This document shows, one piece after another, positions 29,271 through 38,125 of a stretch of 64,000 nt of DNA; position 1 is the stretch's first letter, and every line of letters begins with the position of its first letter. Both the position numbers and the translations under genes were made by a program. Under the pieces are notes generated by a model. It was given only the letters and a program-made list of their open reading frames with translations. It made no database searches and was not told where the DNA came from. Origin of the DNA: Bdellovibrionales bacterium (GTDB lineage Bacteria; Bdellovibrionota; Bdellovibrionia; Bdellovibrionales; JAGQZY01). The stretch is taken from positions 544,001-608,000 of the forward strand of contig CAXRHT010000002.1 in the NCBI GenBank assembly GCA_964230645.1, in the 5' to 3' direction.

Positions 29271-29390
29271 GGATTCTTCGCTTCGCTCAGAATGACAGGG
29301 GGGACTCATTGTCATCCGGAGAAGATTCTTCGCTTCGCTCAGAATGACAATGGGGAATCAATGTCATCCTGAGGCGCAGCCGAAGGATCT
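29271..29390. repeat. REP-like cluster (same family as 9919 and 31824)
   Basis: 2 x GATTCTTCGCTTCGCTCAGAATGACA plus TGTCATCCTGAGGCGCAGCCGAAGGATCT. Confidence 0.9.
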
Positions 29391-29424
29391 TGCGCGCGGG
29401 AATGTTAGCTAGGTTTAACCAATT

Positions 29425-30249
29425 TTAGTGAAAACCCTTCTCCATTAGCTGATGCATGGAGCTTGCTACCTCTTGGGCTTTTTGAGCAAAATCATCTTTC
29501 TCTGAAGCGTAGAGAATCGCGCGCGAGGAATTAATAATCAGTCCTCCTTGATTGTCCACGCGCCTTCCGTATTCAATCACAGATTCGAGATCCCCTCCCT
29601 GCGCTCCAACACCGGGAACCAAGAACCAAGCCTCCGGAAAACGGTCCCTGATCTTTCTGAGCTCTTTAATGGCTGTGGCCCCCAGAACTAAACCTAAATT
29701 TTCGTTTTTATTCCAGGAGTTTAGAGCTCTTTCTGCAACGAAAGTGTAAAAGGGCTGACCATCGCCAACGGTGAGGTTTTGGAACTCTTTGGCTCCCTCA
29801 TTAGAGGTACGACAAAGAACAAAGACACCCTTTTTCTTATATTTCGAAAAAGGAGTGATGGTATCGCCCCCCATATAGGGATTTACGGTCACGGCGTCGG
29901 CTTGATAGCGCTCAAAAGCCTCCATGGCGTACATTTCCGCTGTGGTGCCTATATCGCTGCGCTTAGCATCCAGTAAAATCGAGCAGCTCGGATAATTTTG
30001 TTTAATATATTCAATAATTTGAGCCAACGAGCTCTCAAGCCCGTAAGCAGAAAAGTAGGCCACCTGAGGCTTAAAGCAACAGGCAAACATATGGGTGTGA
30101 TCAACGATTTCCTTAAGGAAATTAAAGACTTCCTCTGGTTTGCCGCGCATGGGTTTTGGCATTCGGTCCAAATGAGGGTCTAATCCCACACACAAATAGG
30201 TTTTTTTTAGTTTCTGCTCTTTTAGTAACTTCTCGAAGAAATCGTTCAT
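29425..30249 (-). CDS. pyrF: Orotidine-5'-phosphate decarboxylase
   Basis: LCVGLDP, KPQVAYF, LDAKRSDIGTT, VNPYMG, LCRTSN, LVPGVGAQGG, INSSRAI. Confidence 0.96.
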   Translation of the reverse strand: MNDFFEKLLKEQKLKKTYLCVGLDPHLDRMPKPMRGKPEEVFNFLKEIVDHTHMFACCFKPQVAYFSAYGLESSLAQIIEYIKQNYPSCSILLDAKRSDIGTTAEMYAMEAFERYQADAVTVNPYMGGDTITPFSKYKKKGVFVLCRTSNEGAKEFQNLTVGDGQPFYTFVAERALNSWNKNENLGLVLGATAIKELRKIRDRFPEAWFLVPGVGAQGGDLESVIEYGRRVDNQGGLIINSSRAILYASEKDDFAQKAQEVASSMHQLMEKGFH

Positions 30250-30345
30250 AACCCACCATAAAACTGACAATTTTTGTAAGAATGACTTATCCCCGAGCCA
30301 ATTTCAATGTGAGAAGCGAAAAAATAAGTTCAGAGCCCTCATTTT

Positions 30346-30361
30346 TGGCCTCCTTCTTGCT
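30346..30361 (+). promoter_or_regulatory. Putative sigma54 -24/-12 promoter
   Basis: TGGCCTCCTTCTTGCT (GG-N10-GC). Confidence 0.6.
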
Positions 30362-30388
30362 CATTTAATAGGAAAAAGGAGATCGAAA

Positions 30389-30517
30389 ATGCTTACCGTA
30401 TCTTTAGTTTTTACCTTAGTGATTCTCGTTTCGTTTGAGAATCTTTCTTCGGCTTTCATAGCCAGTGGGTCGTGGATTGCCTTATCCTTACTTATTTTTT
30501 CTGGAAGCCACTTCTAA
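30389..30517 (+). CDS. Unannotated 42-aa hydrophobic small protein
   Basis: SD AAGGAG; MLTVSLVFTLVILVSFENLSSAFIASGSWIALSLLIFSGSHF*; follows a sigma54-like promoter. Confidence 0.6.
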   Translation: MLTVSLVFTLVILVSFENLSSAFIASGSWIALSLLIFSGSHF

Positions 30518-30561
30518 GAGCCGTCTGGACAATTATTTTTTCACAGTCTACAAAGTAAGCT

Positions 30562-31818
30562 GTGATCTTTATTAAACTTTACCCCTTTATTTATTCGCCG
30601 CTGTTATGGCTGGTTTCTTTTTTCAAGTTTCTCAATCCTAAGATTAAAAAGGGCTTTGAGCTCAGAAAACCAAAAGCGAAAACCCCTCCTTGGCTCGACT
30701 ATGAAGCCGGTAGCCAACCCCTTTGGTTTCATTGTGCCTCTGGAGAATTCGAGTACGCCAAACCTGTTATTCGCACACTCAAACAAAAATATCCGCAAGT
30801 AAAAATACTGGTCACTTATTTTTCGCCATCAGTGGTGAAGTCATTGCAAGGGTCTGAAGATGTGGATTTTTTCTGCCCGATGCCTTGGGACCAAAAGAAA
30901 CACTGGCGCCGATTTATAACGCATCACCAACCCCGAGCCCTCTTAGTGGCGCGAACCGATCTATGGCCCATAATGCTCTCTGAGACACAGAAACAAAAAG
31001 TACCGAGACTTCTTTTTTCAAAAACGGCAAAGAAGAATCGTAGCTTCTTTAAAAAGTTTATGGAAAAAAGACTTCTTCCCCTCTTTGATGATGTGTTTTG
31101 TGCCAGTGTTGTAGATCAAGAAAATCTACGCAGCCTTCTACCTCGCATGTCCTCCATTCACAACTCCGGTGACACGCGCTACGATCAATGCCTTTACCGT
31201 TTGCAACATGGAAATTCTCTCAAACCTTTAAAGAATTTCAATAAAAAAGTTTTTATCGCCGGCTCCACTTGGCCCAGTGATGAATTCATTCTTGTTCCTA
31301 CCATTAAAGAGCGCATGGTTGATGTCAGTTTTATTATCGCCCCTCATGAGCCCAGCAGAAAACATTTATTAAAACTCACCGAGCTTCTTGCGGGGAAAGG
31401 AATTGGTTACCAATTTTACTCAGAGACTCAGAGCTGGAACCCCAATGAAGTGCTTATAATTGATGAAGTGGGAATATTAGCCGATCTTTACGCTTGGGGA
31501 AATTATGCTTTTGTAGGCGGCTCTATGGATCGTAGTGTTCATTCGGTCATGGAACCTCTGGCGCAAGGACTGTTGTGTTTTGTGGGTCCTGAACATGAGA
31601 ACAATAGAGAGGCGATGATCTTTAAAGAGGAAAAAATAGATCATATGACGCCTGTGCAAGTGGTGAGCGACAGTGATCTCATGCTTCGACGCTTTGAAAC
31701 CCTTTACCAGTCTTGGAGCCCACAGCACCAGATGGATTTAAAAATGAAACTTCGTGAAAAAGCCGGAGCTTCAGAGATTGTATTAAAGTGGATTGAGAAT
31801 AATGTTTCTTTTAGCTAG
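30562..31818 (+). CDS. waaA: 3-deoxy-D-manno-octulosonic-acid (Kdo) transferase
   Basis: LWFHCASGEFE, GDTRYD, AGSTW, IIAPHEP, VGILADLY, FVGGS, HSVMEP. Confidence 0.92.
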   Translation: MIFIKLYPFIYSPLLWLVSFFKFLNPKIKKGFELRKPKAKTPPWLDYEAGSQPLWFHCASGEFEYAKPVIRTLKQKYPQVKILVTYFSPSVVKSLQGSEDVDFFCPMPWDQKKHWRRFITHHQPRALLVARTDLWPIMLSETQKQKVPRLLFSKTAKKNRSFFKKFMEKRLLPLFDDVFCASVVDQENLRSLLPRMSSIHNSGDTRYDQCLYRLQHGNSLKPLKNFNKKVFIAGSTWPSDEFILVPTIKERMVDVSFIIAPHEPSRKHLLKLTELLAGKGIGYQFYSETQSWNPNEVLIIDEVGILADLYAWGNYAFVGGSMDRSVHSVMEPLAQGLLCFVGPEHENNREAMIFKEEKIDHMTPVQVVSDSDLMLRRFETLYQSWSPQHQMDLKMKLREKAGASEIVLKWIENNVSFS

Positions 31819-31823
31819 CGCTT

Positions 31824-32217
31824 TGTCATCCTGAGGTATAGCCACTTGTCATTTTGAGGTGCAACCACCTGTCATCCTGAGGCGTAGCCGAAGGATCTTT
31901 TAGCGAGAGAATATGCCACTGGAAAGATTCTTCGCTTCGCTCAGAATGACAAAAAAACGATAGTCATCCTGAGGTGCAACCATCTGTCATCCTGAGGCTT
32001 AGCCGAAGGATCTTTTTTCGAGAGAATATGTCACTAGAAAGATTCTTCGCTTCGCTCAGAATGACACAAAAAAACGCTTGTCATCCTGAGGTGCAACCAC
32101 TTGTCATCCTGAGGCGGAGCCGAAGGATCTTTTAGCGAGAGACTATGCCACTGGAAAGATTCTTCGCTTCGCTCAGAATGACAACGGGCTCAGAATGACA
32201 AAGAGCTCAGCATGACA
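31824..32217. repeat. Tandem array of three ~116-bp REPIN-like units plus truncated REP halves
   Basis: Full left REP TGTCATCCTGAGGC(N)AGCCGAAGGATCT at 31870, 31985, 32102, each followed by a conserved spacer and AGATTCTTCGCTTCGCTCAGAATGACA; located between convergent genes. Confidence 0.93.
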
Positions 32218-32228
32218 ATGAAATCTTA

Positions 32229-33029
32229 TTATTTAGTTAGGCAATCAGCGGAGATATAAACCTCGCCTGATTTTTTGTAGGCCTTGCGCCAATTGGTGCT
32301 GTGAGGATCGATCCAAAGCTTTCTTCCCGCGCTGATAACTCCCGCCTTATCGCTGAATGAGCTATCCTCTTGATACATCGTGCACTCTTTAGTAAATTTA
32401 TACATCCCGGCCTTAAAAGGTTTAAGCCCTGAGACATCGCGATCTTTTTGCTCCAAGCTTTGTTCGGCCTGCTCTTCAGCCTGCTCGAGTTTTTGTTCCA
32501 CAGAGGCTAACTCTGAAGGTGCGTCGTCCTCTTCAGGTTGATACTCCTGAACCTCTTCTTGTAGTTCTTGTTTTCCTGATTGCAAATACTCGTCGCGAAC
32601 TTGCTCCGTTTGGGGATCACTGATTTCTGCTTGTTCAAACTCTGGCACGGATTCTTCCACGGCATTGACGGGATCGACTTTTTCTTCCTCAACAGGGTCT
32701 TCTAAAACCATCTTAGGACTGTGAACCGCAGGTTCGGCCGCACCTTCTTCAATATCGCCTGTTTGAACATCATCAACAGCTGTTACCTCTGGGGTCTCTA
32801 AATCTTCGTCTCCTGCCTGCAAGAATTCTCTTTTAACATCCTCATAGGGAACATCTTCTTGCTCACCCTGGGTTGAAGAGGGAGAACGCTCAGAAGCCTC
32901 GGCGGGCTGGTAGCCTTTATCTTTCATATAGTCGGGCATCGGAGGTGGTGGAATGTCTTTTTCGTCAATTCCCCACGCCGTTGGAAAAACTAAGAACTGT
33001 ATGATTAAAATTTTAAGGAACCATTTCAT
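32229..33029 (-). CDS. Secreted acidic low-complexity protein with C-terminal SH3b-like domain
   Basis: Signal peptide; E/D/P-rich middle; C-terminal AGRKLWID...WRK...VYIS pattern. Confidence 0.65.
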   Translation of the reverse strand: MKWFLKILIIQFLVFPTAWGIDEKDIPPPPMPDYMKDKGYQPAEASERSPSSTQGEQEDVPYEDVKREFLQAGDEDLETPEVTAVDDVQTGDIEEGAAEPAVHSPKMVLEDPVEEEKVDPVNAVEESVPEFEQAEISDPQTEQVRDEYLQSGKQELQEEVQEYQPEEDDAPSELASVEQKLEQAEEQAEQSLEQKDRDVSGLKPFKAGMYKFTKECTMYQEDSSFSDKAGVISAGRKLWIDPHSTNWRKAYKKSGEVYISADCLTK

Positions 33030-33055
33030 ATAAAAAACTCCCGTTCACTAAAGTC

Positions 33056-33082
33056 CTATCGGTCTTTCCTTAGAAGGGGTTA
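33056..33082 (-). promoter_or_regulatory. Putative sigma28 (FliA) promoter
   Basis: TAAC-N15-ACCGATAG on the minus strand. Confidence 0.55.
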
Positions 33083-33168
33083 AGGCTAACTGGTTGAAAC
33101 AGGACGAAGGACTATAAAGGAGGCGGTCACAACCGATTTTTTAACAGCGTGACTTAAAATACTAATAA

Positions 33169-33927
33169 TTATTCAAAAAAATCGTAAAACCTCGGCTCAC
33201 AAGGGAAAGACTGGTAGAGCTTTTCAATCTCCTCCAAAAAGGCATCAGCGATCTCTTGTTCTCTTAGTCCCCTCTTTGATTGACTCGCCAGGAGAGCTGA
33301 GAGCTTATAGGACTGTAAGACTCCTTTTTTCTCGGCACAGGTTTCGCTCTCAGTAATTGCCACCTCAGAAAAACTTTTAAGAAAACGCTCTTGGTTCAAA
33401 GGTTCAAAAAAACTCTTTCTCTCTCGGGTCAATTCTTCCCATGCGTCGGCCAGTTTTGAAAACCGCATTTTTTTTTCAGAACATCCGAAGTACCGCACAT
33501 CAATTTCGCAGGTCTCTAAATCCCTCACTCGACAGTGGGTTTTAATAGCATCGGTGTGAAGCTCTATAACTTCGTCAAGAGAGGCTCTTTTTGGTTCAGC
33601 CCTTTTGCTAGCACCATCTTTTGTTAACACTTCACCGTCCTCTAAAACGACAAAAGAATGGTAGGCCTCAGGGTATCCTTTGCGAAAAATCACTCCCAAG
33701 GCTCCCACCGAAGACTCGACGGGCTCACACTGGTCTTTCAAAAAATGATCCATTTCATAACGATGAATGTAGCGTATCTCCTGCATAAGACCCAGTGCTC
33801 TCAGACTGGTGTTATGACAATTAGGACCAGAAAAAATCGGAATTTCACCAATGATAGAATCCACTCGATCAAGTGGGTTGGCGTAAACGGTATTTGTCAA
33901 TAGAAATAAGAAAACAAAAAGTTTCAA
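33169..33927 (-). CDS. Secreted protein, possible papain-like Cys-His fold
   Basis: Signal peptide; GPNCHN ... YHSF ... TKDG pattern. Confidence 0.6.
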   Translation of the reverse strand: MKLFVFLFLLTNTVYANPLDRVDSIIGEIPIFSGPNCHNTSLRALGLMQEIRYIHRYEMDHFLKDQCEPVESSVGALGVIFRKGYPEAYHSFVVLEDGEVLTKDGASKRAEPKRASLDEVIELHTDAIKTHCRVRDLETCEIDVRYFGCSEKKMRFSKLADAWEELTRERKSFFEPLNQERFLKSFSEVAITESETCAEKKGVLQSYKLSALLASQSKRGLREQEIADAFLEEIEKLYQSFPCEPRFYDFFE

Positions 33928-34052
33928 AGGCCCCCCTCTAAGATTTTTTCACTTTAGCTAAAGGAGGTTTGTTTTTCTATTTTCAACCAGAAAAGAGGAA
34001 ATCTCTTCAATACAGCATTAAAAGGATTACATCCTAAGCACTGAGACCGAGA

Positions 34053-35150
34053 TCAGCTCCTATTATTCCCCTTCTTCTTTTTTTTAGGATTATCCAAGGG
34101 GCCTATATTATTAGCCGTTTTTTTAAGATTCTCTCCCGAGTTTTCAATCAAACTCCAAAAAGCCTCGCTAGAATCAGCGTCAAATCCAGCCGGCGTCCAT
34201 AAGAAGGGAATTTCGGTGGCAACCTCGCCTTCCGTGATCGCATTGATGAGCCAATTGCCGAAACCGCCCAAATACTCAAAAATGACATGCCTTGTGGAGA
34301 CGTATTCTTTCTCCACTCCGAAGACCTCCAAATCTTTAAAAAAAGTTTTAAAGTATCCCCGTCCCTCAGGCACTGAACCATAGGTTTCAAAAATGACATC
34401 CATCTCGCCATTTTGTATATCAATGGGAATATAGTGTTTTAGGAGTTCATTTGTGGAAGCGAGTCTGAAATTTCCAATTCCGGCATTGACGTCAAAAGGG
34501 ATGTCGGGATTGACGATATTCACACCACCATTAAGCTGGATTGGAGCATGACCATTGAGTTCCCCTTTTATATCGAAGGGTGATAGGTTTTCTTTCATAT
34601 AGTCAGGATCGACAAGATGGGTAATCTTACCATTAATTTTTCCAATATGACTGGCCACGAGACCTTTAAGAGCACTGATTTTCAAATCCACCGAAGAGTC
34701 TTTGAGCCTTAACGATTGGATCGACAAAGGGACAATCTCATCCAGAGCCGCTTTCCAACTTTCTTTGCTTTCATCCGTTCCAGCCACATCGTTTTTTCCC
34801 GATTCGCCATCAACAAAAGTGACATCGGCTTTGTAAAGAGCAATGTCCATCAAAAGCCTTCCTTGAAAAAGTTGGCTCCAATTAATGGAAATATCACTAC
34901 GATTGATTTTAACAAAAGCCACTTCCGGTACGGCTTTTTTATAAAGAACAAACCCATCCAGAGTGTATTGTCCATTGATCAAATGAAGATCGAAATCCTC
35001 GATGGAACCTTGATAGTTTTCAAGGTCATGAGCCAGAACGTGATTGACATATTTTTTCCCGGCCCATGGAGCCAAAGCTCTTAAAACAAGAAGAGTGAGA
35101 ACGACACCAAAGAGTGTCCATTGTTTTTTGTTGAATCGCGGTTTTTTCAC
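34053..35150 (-). CDS. DUF748/AsmA-like periplasmic protein
   Basis: N-terminal TM, YQGSIEDFDLHL, ISINWSQLFQGRL, VATEIPF. Confidence 0.72.
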   Translation of the reverse strand: MKKPRFNKKQWTLFGVVLTLLVLRALAPWAGKKYVNHVLAHDLENYQGSIEDFDLHLINGQYTLDGFVLYKKAVPEVAFVKINRSDISINWSQLFQGRLLMDIALYKADVTFVDGESGKNDVAGTDESKESWKAALDEIVPLSIQSLRLKDSSVDLKISALKGLVASHIGKINGKITHLVDPDYMKENLSPFDIKGELNGHAPIQLNGGVNIVNPDIPFDVNAGIGNFRLASTNELLKHYIPIDIQNGEMDVIFETYGSVPEGRGYFKTFFKDLEVFGVEKEYVSTRHVIFEYLGGFGNWLINAITEGEVATEIPFLWTPAGFDADSSEAFWSLIENSGENLKKTANNIGPLDNPKKKKKGNNRS

Positions 35151-35231
35151 CGATATCTCCTTATACTAAAAAAAGGAAGCCAATCCTTTCAGACTCGCTT
35201 CCTTTTTGAACAAAAGAATTTCAATGGTTTC

Positions 35232-35846
35232 TTACGACTTCTTCGCAAGAACCAGCACTGCTTTTCTTGGCTTTCCTTCAGACTTAAAGACTCTAAACTT
35301 CTCTTTGCCTAGCTTCCCACCATGTTTTTCGTAAGCCAAAGTGGCTTTCAAATCCGTGCTGGTCGAATTAAACATATTGGAGAGCCAGTGGGCTTGCTCG
35401 GCCATATTAAATATAACCAAGTCCCCTTCGAAACCCGTGGATTTCACGAAGTTTTCGATAGAAAGAGAACGCATACTGGCGAGTTTCTTTTGATCAGCCG
35501 TAAGTTCCTTCCCTTTAGGTGGAAGGGGTTGATCAGCCCAAACAGCCAAGGTGAGTTCCATTGAATCTGGACTAGGATGTTGATTCACCAACTGCTCAAT
35601 CGAACGCTTTTGAGCGGGCGATAGAACAGCTGATGCTTTATTGAACTCAATACTTTGAGCCTTTAACTCTTCAGAAAGAACTGGGACAGGGTCCTTTGCC
35701 TCAGAGAAAGGGTTAATAATAAAGAGCATCAACACAGCGAGAACGCCTGTTGCAACAATTTCTTTGATACTAATCTTACCTTCTTCGGAGCCTCCTTCGA
35801 TAAAAAGTCTCCAAAAAATCTTCAGTTGTCGTTGTAGCATAGACAT
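35232..35846 (-). CDS. Membrane-anchored protein with OmpA-like C-terminal fold
   Basis: SD AAGGAG; TM; IEFNKASAVLS ... AVWAD ... LASMRS resembles the OmpA C-domain. Confidence 0.6.
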   Translation of the reverse strand: MSMLQRQLKIFWRLFIEGGSEEGKISIKEIVATGVLAVLMLFIINPFSEAKDPVPVLSEELKAQSIEFNKASAVLSPAQKRSIEQLVNQHPSPDSMELTLAVWADQPLPPKGKELTADQKKLASMRSLSIENFVKSTGFEGDLVIFNMAEQAHWLSNMFNSTSTDLKATLAYEKHGGKLGKEKFRVFKSEGKPRKAVLVLAKKS

Positions 35847-36118
35847 TCTCGTGTCTCCTTTGTCCGTGATCTTCACTTACCACTATAGATTTTCTAGAGT
35901 TGTTTTTCTTTTAGGGATTGAATTCTAAATGTGTTTGTTCATATACAACAGAAAGTCTAGCTTTTAGGCAAAATTTCGGTCTTCTCCCCTCTCTTTGCTG
36001 GTTACAGGGGAGTTTCTGGGGATGGGTTGTGCAAAAAATTTAACATTTAATGAAAACCATTGAGAACCAATTGAAAGCCCTTTGGCCTAGTCTTGAGGTG
36101 AAAGTGAGGTAGTTAGAA

Positions 36119-36544
36119 ATGGATTTAACTCTAAAAAATATCGTCGTAGGTTTTATTAGTAATAAAGACCGTCAGGCTTTCGAACAGGATTGGCGTAAAC
36201 CCCACGATTTGGAAGTTCAATATCTCAATGCCGAGGAGGCCTTTGATCTCGTGGACCCCGACAACAATAAAGGGAGTGCGTTCAAGGGACTGTTGAGAAG
36301 TGTACAGAAACACATAGGCGGCGGACCCTCCGAGTTTTTACGCGATGTAAAGAGCATGAGTGACGAAGAGTACCTTTTGGCTTTTGAATATCATAGTGAA
36401 GAAAGTCCGCTTACCATTGGAGACATTAAGGAGAGTTTTCTTAGACACAATGTCCGCCAGGCCAAGCACTTTGGACAGTACTCCGTTGAGCACCTAACTC
36501 TTGATCCTGGTCACCGTGAGGAAATGCCAGCAATTTCGAGCTAA
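36119..36544 (+). CDS. Hypothetical protein
   Basis: SD GAGGT; 141-aa ORF converging with the ZIP gene. Confidence 0.6.
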   Translation: MDLTLKNIVVGFISNKDRQAFEQDWRKPHDLEVQYLNAEEAFDLVDPDNNKGSAFKGLLRSVQKHIGGGPSEFLRDVKSMSDEEYLLAFEYHSEESPLTIGDIKESFLRHNVRQAKHFGQYSVEHLTLDPGHREEMPAISS

Positions 36545-37251
36545 TTCGATAAGGCGTGCCCCACTAAACCTACGGAAAAACCTATCAAAGTACCAAGAGC
36601 GGGTAAGTAAGCCCGCTTTAATTTTATCTGAGGGGCAATATCCTCGAAAATTAGGTAGAGAATCCCGCCACCTGCAAATGTCATCAGGCCGGCGAGAAGA
36701 TCCTCCCTCCCCACCAAAACAAAACATCCGCCAACCGCCGCGGCTACACCAAACGCAATGCTGGCAAAGAAAAACCCAAAAATTTTGCGATCATCCCAGC
36801 CTTTTTCTTTCATTTCCTTATAACTGCTAAAGCCTTCAGGTAGATTTTGACAACCAATTAGAACTGCAATGAATAAAGCCTCACTTTTTTGAGTCACAAC
36901 AACAGCCCCAACAGAGGTGGCTTCCGGCAGAAAATCAGACATCATCGCCACCCAATTACTCACAGGACTGTCTTTTTTCTTGAGATAAATATCGAGCAAA
37001 AGAAAGCTCACTCCGCCCATTAAAAATAAAAAAGTCAGATTAAAGGTTGAGAGCTTTTCAACCCCCTTTGGGATAAGAACAAAACAAATAGCCGAGAGTA
37101 AAGCTCCACCACCGATGGCTACAACAAATTTTGAAAACTCTTCTCCTAGTGCTTCGAAATATTTTAATTCCAAAAGTCCTAGAAAGCCCCCTAACGGAAC
37201 TGCCGCTCCCGCTAGACTTGTTAGAAGCAAAAGAAAATAGAGCTCCTCCAC
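36541..37251 (-). CDS. ZIP/ZupT-family divalent metal transporter
   Basis: GGGALLSA, DFLPEA, QNLPEG, FAGGGILYLIFEDIAPQ. Confidence 0.88.
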   Translation of the reverse strand: MEELYFLLLLTSLAGAAVPLGGFLGLLELKYFEALGEEFSKFVVAIGGGALLSAICFVLIPKGVEKLSTFNLTFLFLMGGVSFLLLDIYLKKKDSPVSNWVAMMSDFLPEATSVGAVVVTQKSEALFIAVLIGCQNLPEGFSSYKEMKEKGWDDRKIFGFFFASIAFGVAAAVGGCFVLVGREDLLAGLMTFAGGGILYLIFEDIAPQIKLKRAYLPALGTLIGFSVGLVGHALSN

Positions 37252-37252
37252 C

Positions 37253-38125
37253 CTAGTTGTCCATTTTAATCAGATCATGAAAGCGAGAGTAGTCCATGGT
37301 TACTGAGCCATCATCGTTATTGGTTAAAATATCCGAGAGTCTCTTTTTGCCGATAATTTCTGAGAAGCGATAAACGTGGGTGGCGTGAACAAGCTGAGCG
37401 GTTAGATCATCGATGCCCGTCATTGAGATAACAATGCGAACATTGAGCTGTTCCATTTGCTCCATACTTAGGTGTGCTAGAGGGCTCTCCTCATCAATTA
37501 CATGCATGACCGTCCAGCTCAAGGAAAATATGGGAGACTTTGAGCGCACAAGTCTTAAATCTCTGATTCTTTGCATGCTCACACCTTCTTGGGACTGCTC
37601 AGCAATAATAGCTGAGGCATCGATACTGGCATCAGCAATGTGACTGTCACGTGCATTGGCGACTCGAAACATCAGAGTTCTTTTTCCATCATAATTATGA
37701 ATGACACAATTATTAGTAAAAATAACTCGGGCCGTGGGTTTGGAAAACTTCGCTAAAGCCAAACCAGTGACAAGGGCTGCGAAAAAGAAGCCAAGAAGGG
37801 TGTCAAATATTACAATGATATTGGCGTATTGGGTGGCCGGCAGCAAATACCCATATCCGATGGTCGTACTGGTTTGAAAACTAAACACAAAACAGTCCCA
37901 CAAAGACCCCGGCCTAGCGTTGAGGATGGCATCTTCGCCAATAAAGTAGAGCCCCGCAAACATGAGGTTTAAAAAAATATAGACAACAGAGACAACAAAG
38001 AGAAACTCCCACCAGGAGGCTGCGAGCACATGGTGATAAGCATCTTTAAAAAGATTTTTCTTAAGGCCTTTTTTATTTACTTGCACCCGGAAAGGATTGA
38101 GCGAAGCATTCCATGGTTTGAACAT
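37253..38125 (-). CDS. KirBac-type inward-rectifier potassium channel
   Basis: DAYH...W, FSFQTSTTIGYG filter, KFSKP, LMFRVAN, WTVMHVIDEESPL. Confidence 0.93.
   Translation of the reverse strand: MFKPWNASLNPFRVQVNKKGLKKNLFKDAYHHVLAASWWEFLFVVSVVYIFLNLMFAGLYFIGEDAILNARPGSLWDCFVFSFQTSTTIGYGYLLPATQYANIIVIFDTLLGFFFAALVTGLALAKFSKPTARVIFTNNCVIHNYDGKRTLMFRVANARDSHIADASIDASAIIAEQSQEGVSMQRIRDLRLVRSKSPIFSLSWTVMHVIDEESPLAHLSMEQMEQLNVRIVISMTGIDDLTAQLVHATHVYRFSEIIGKKRLSDILTNNDDGSVTMDYSRFHDLIKMDN

Noticed and set aside
31824..32217. Possible CRISPR array or integron attC array
   Set aside because: Spacers are near-identical between units, repeats are inverted pairs, and there are no cassette ORFs or integrase.
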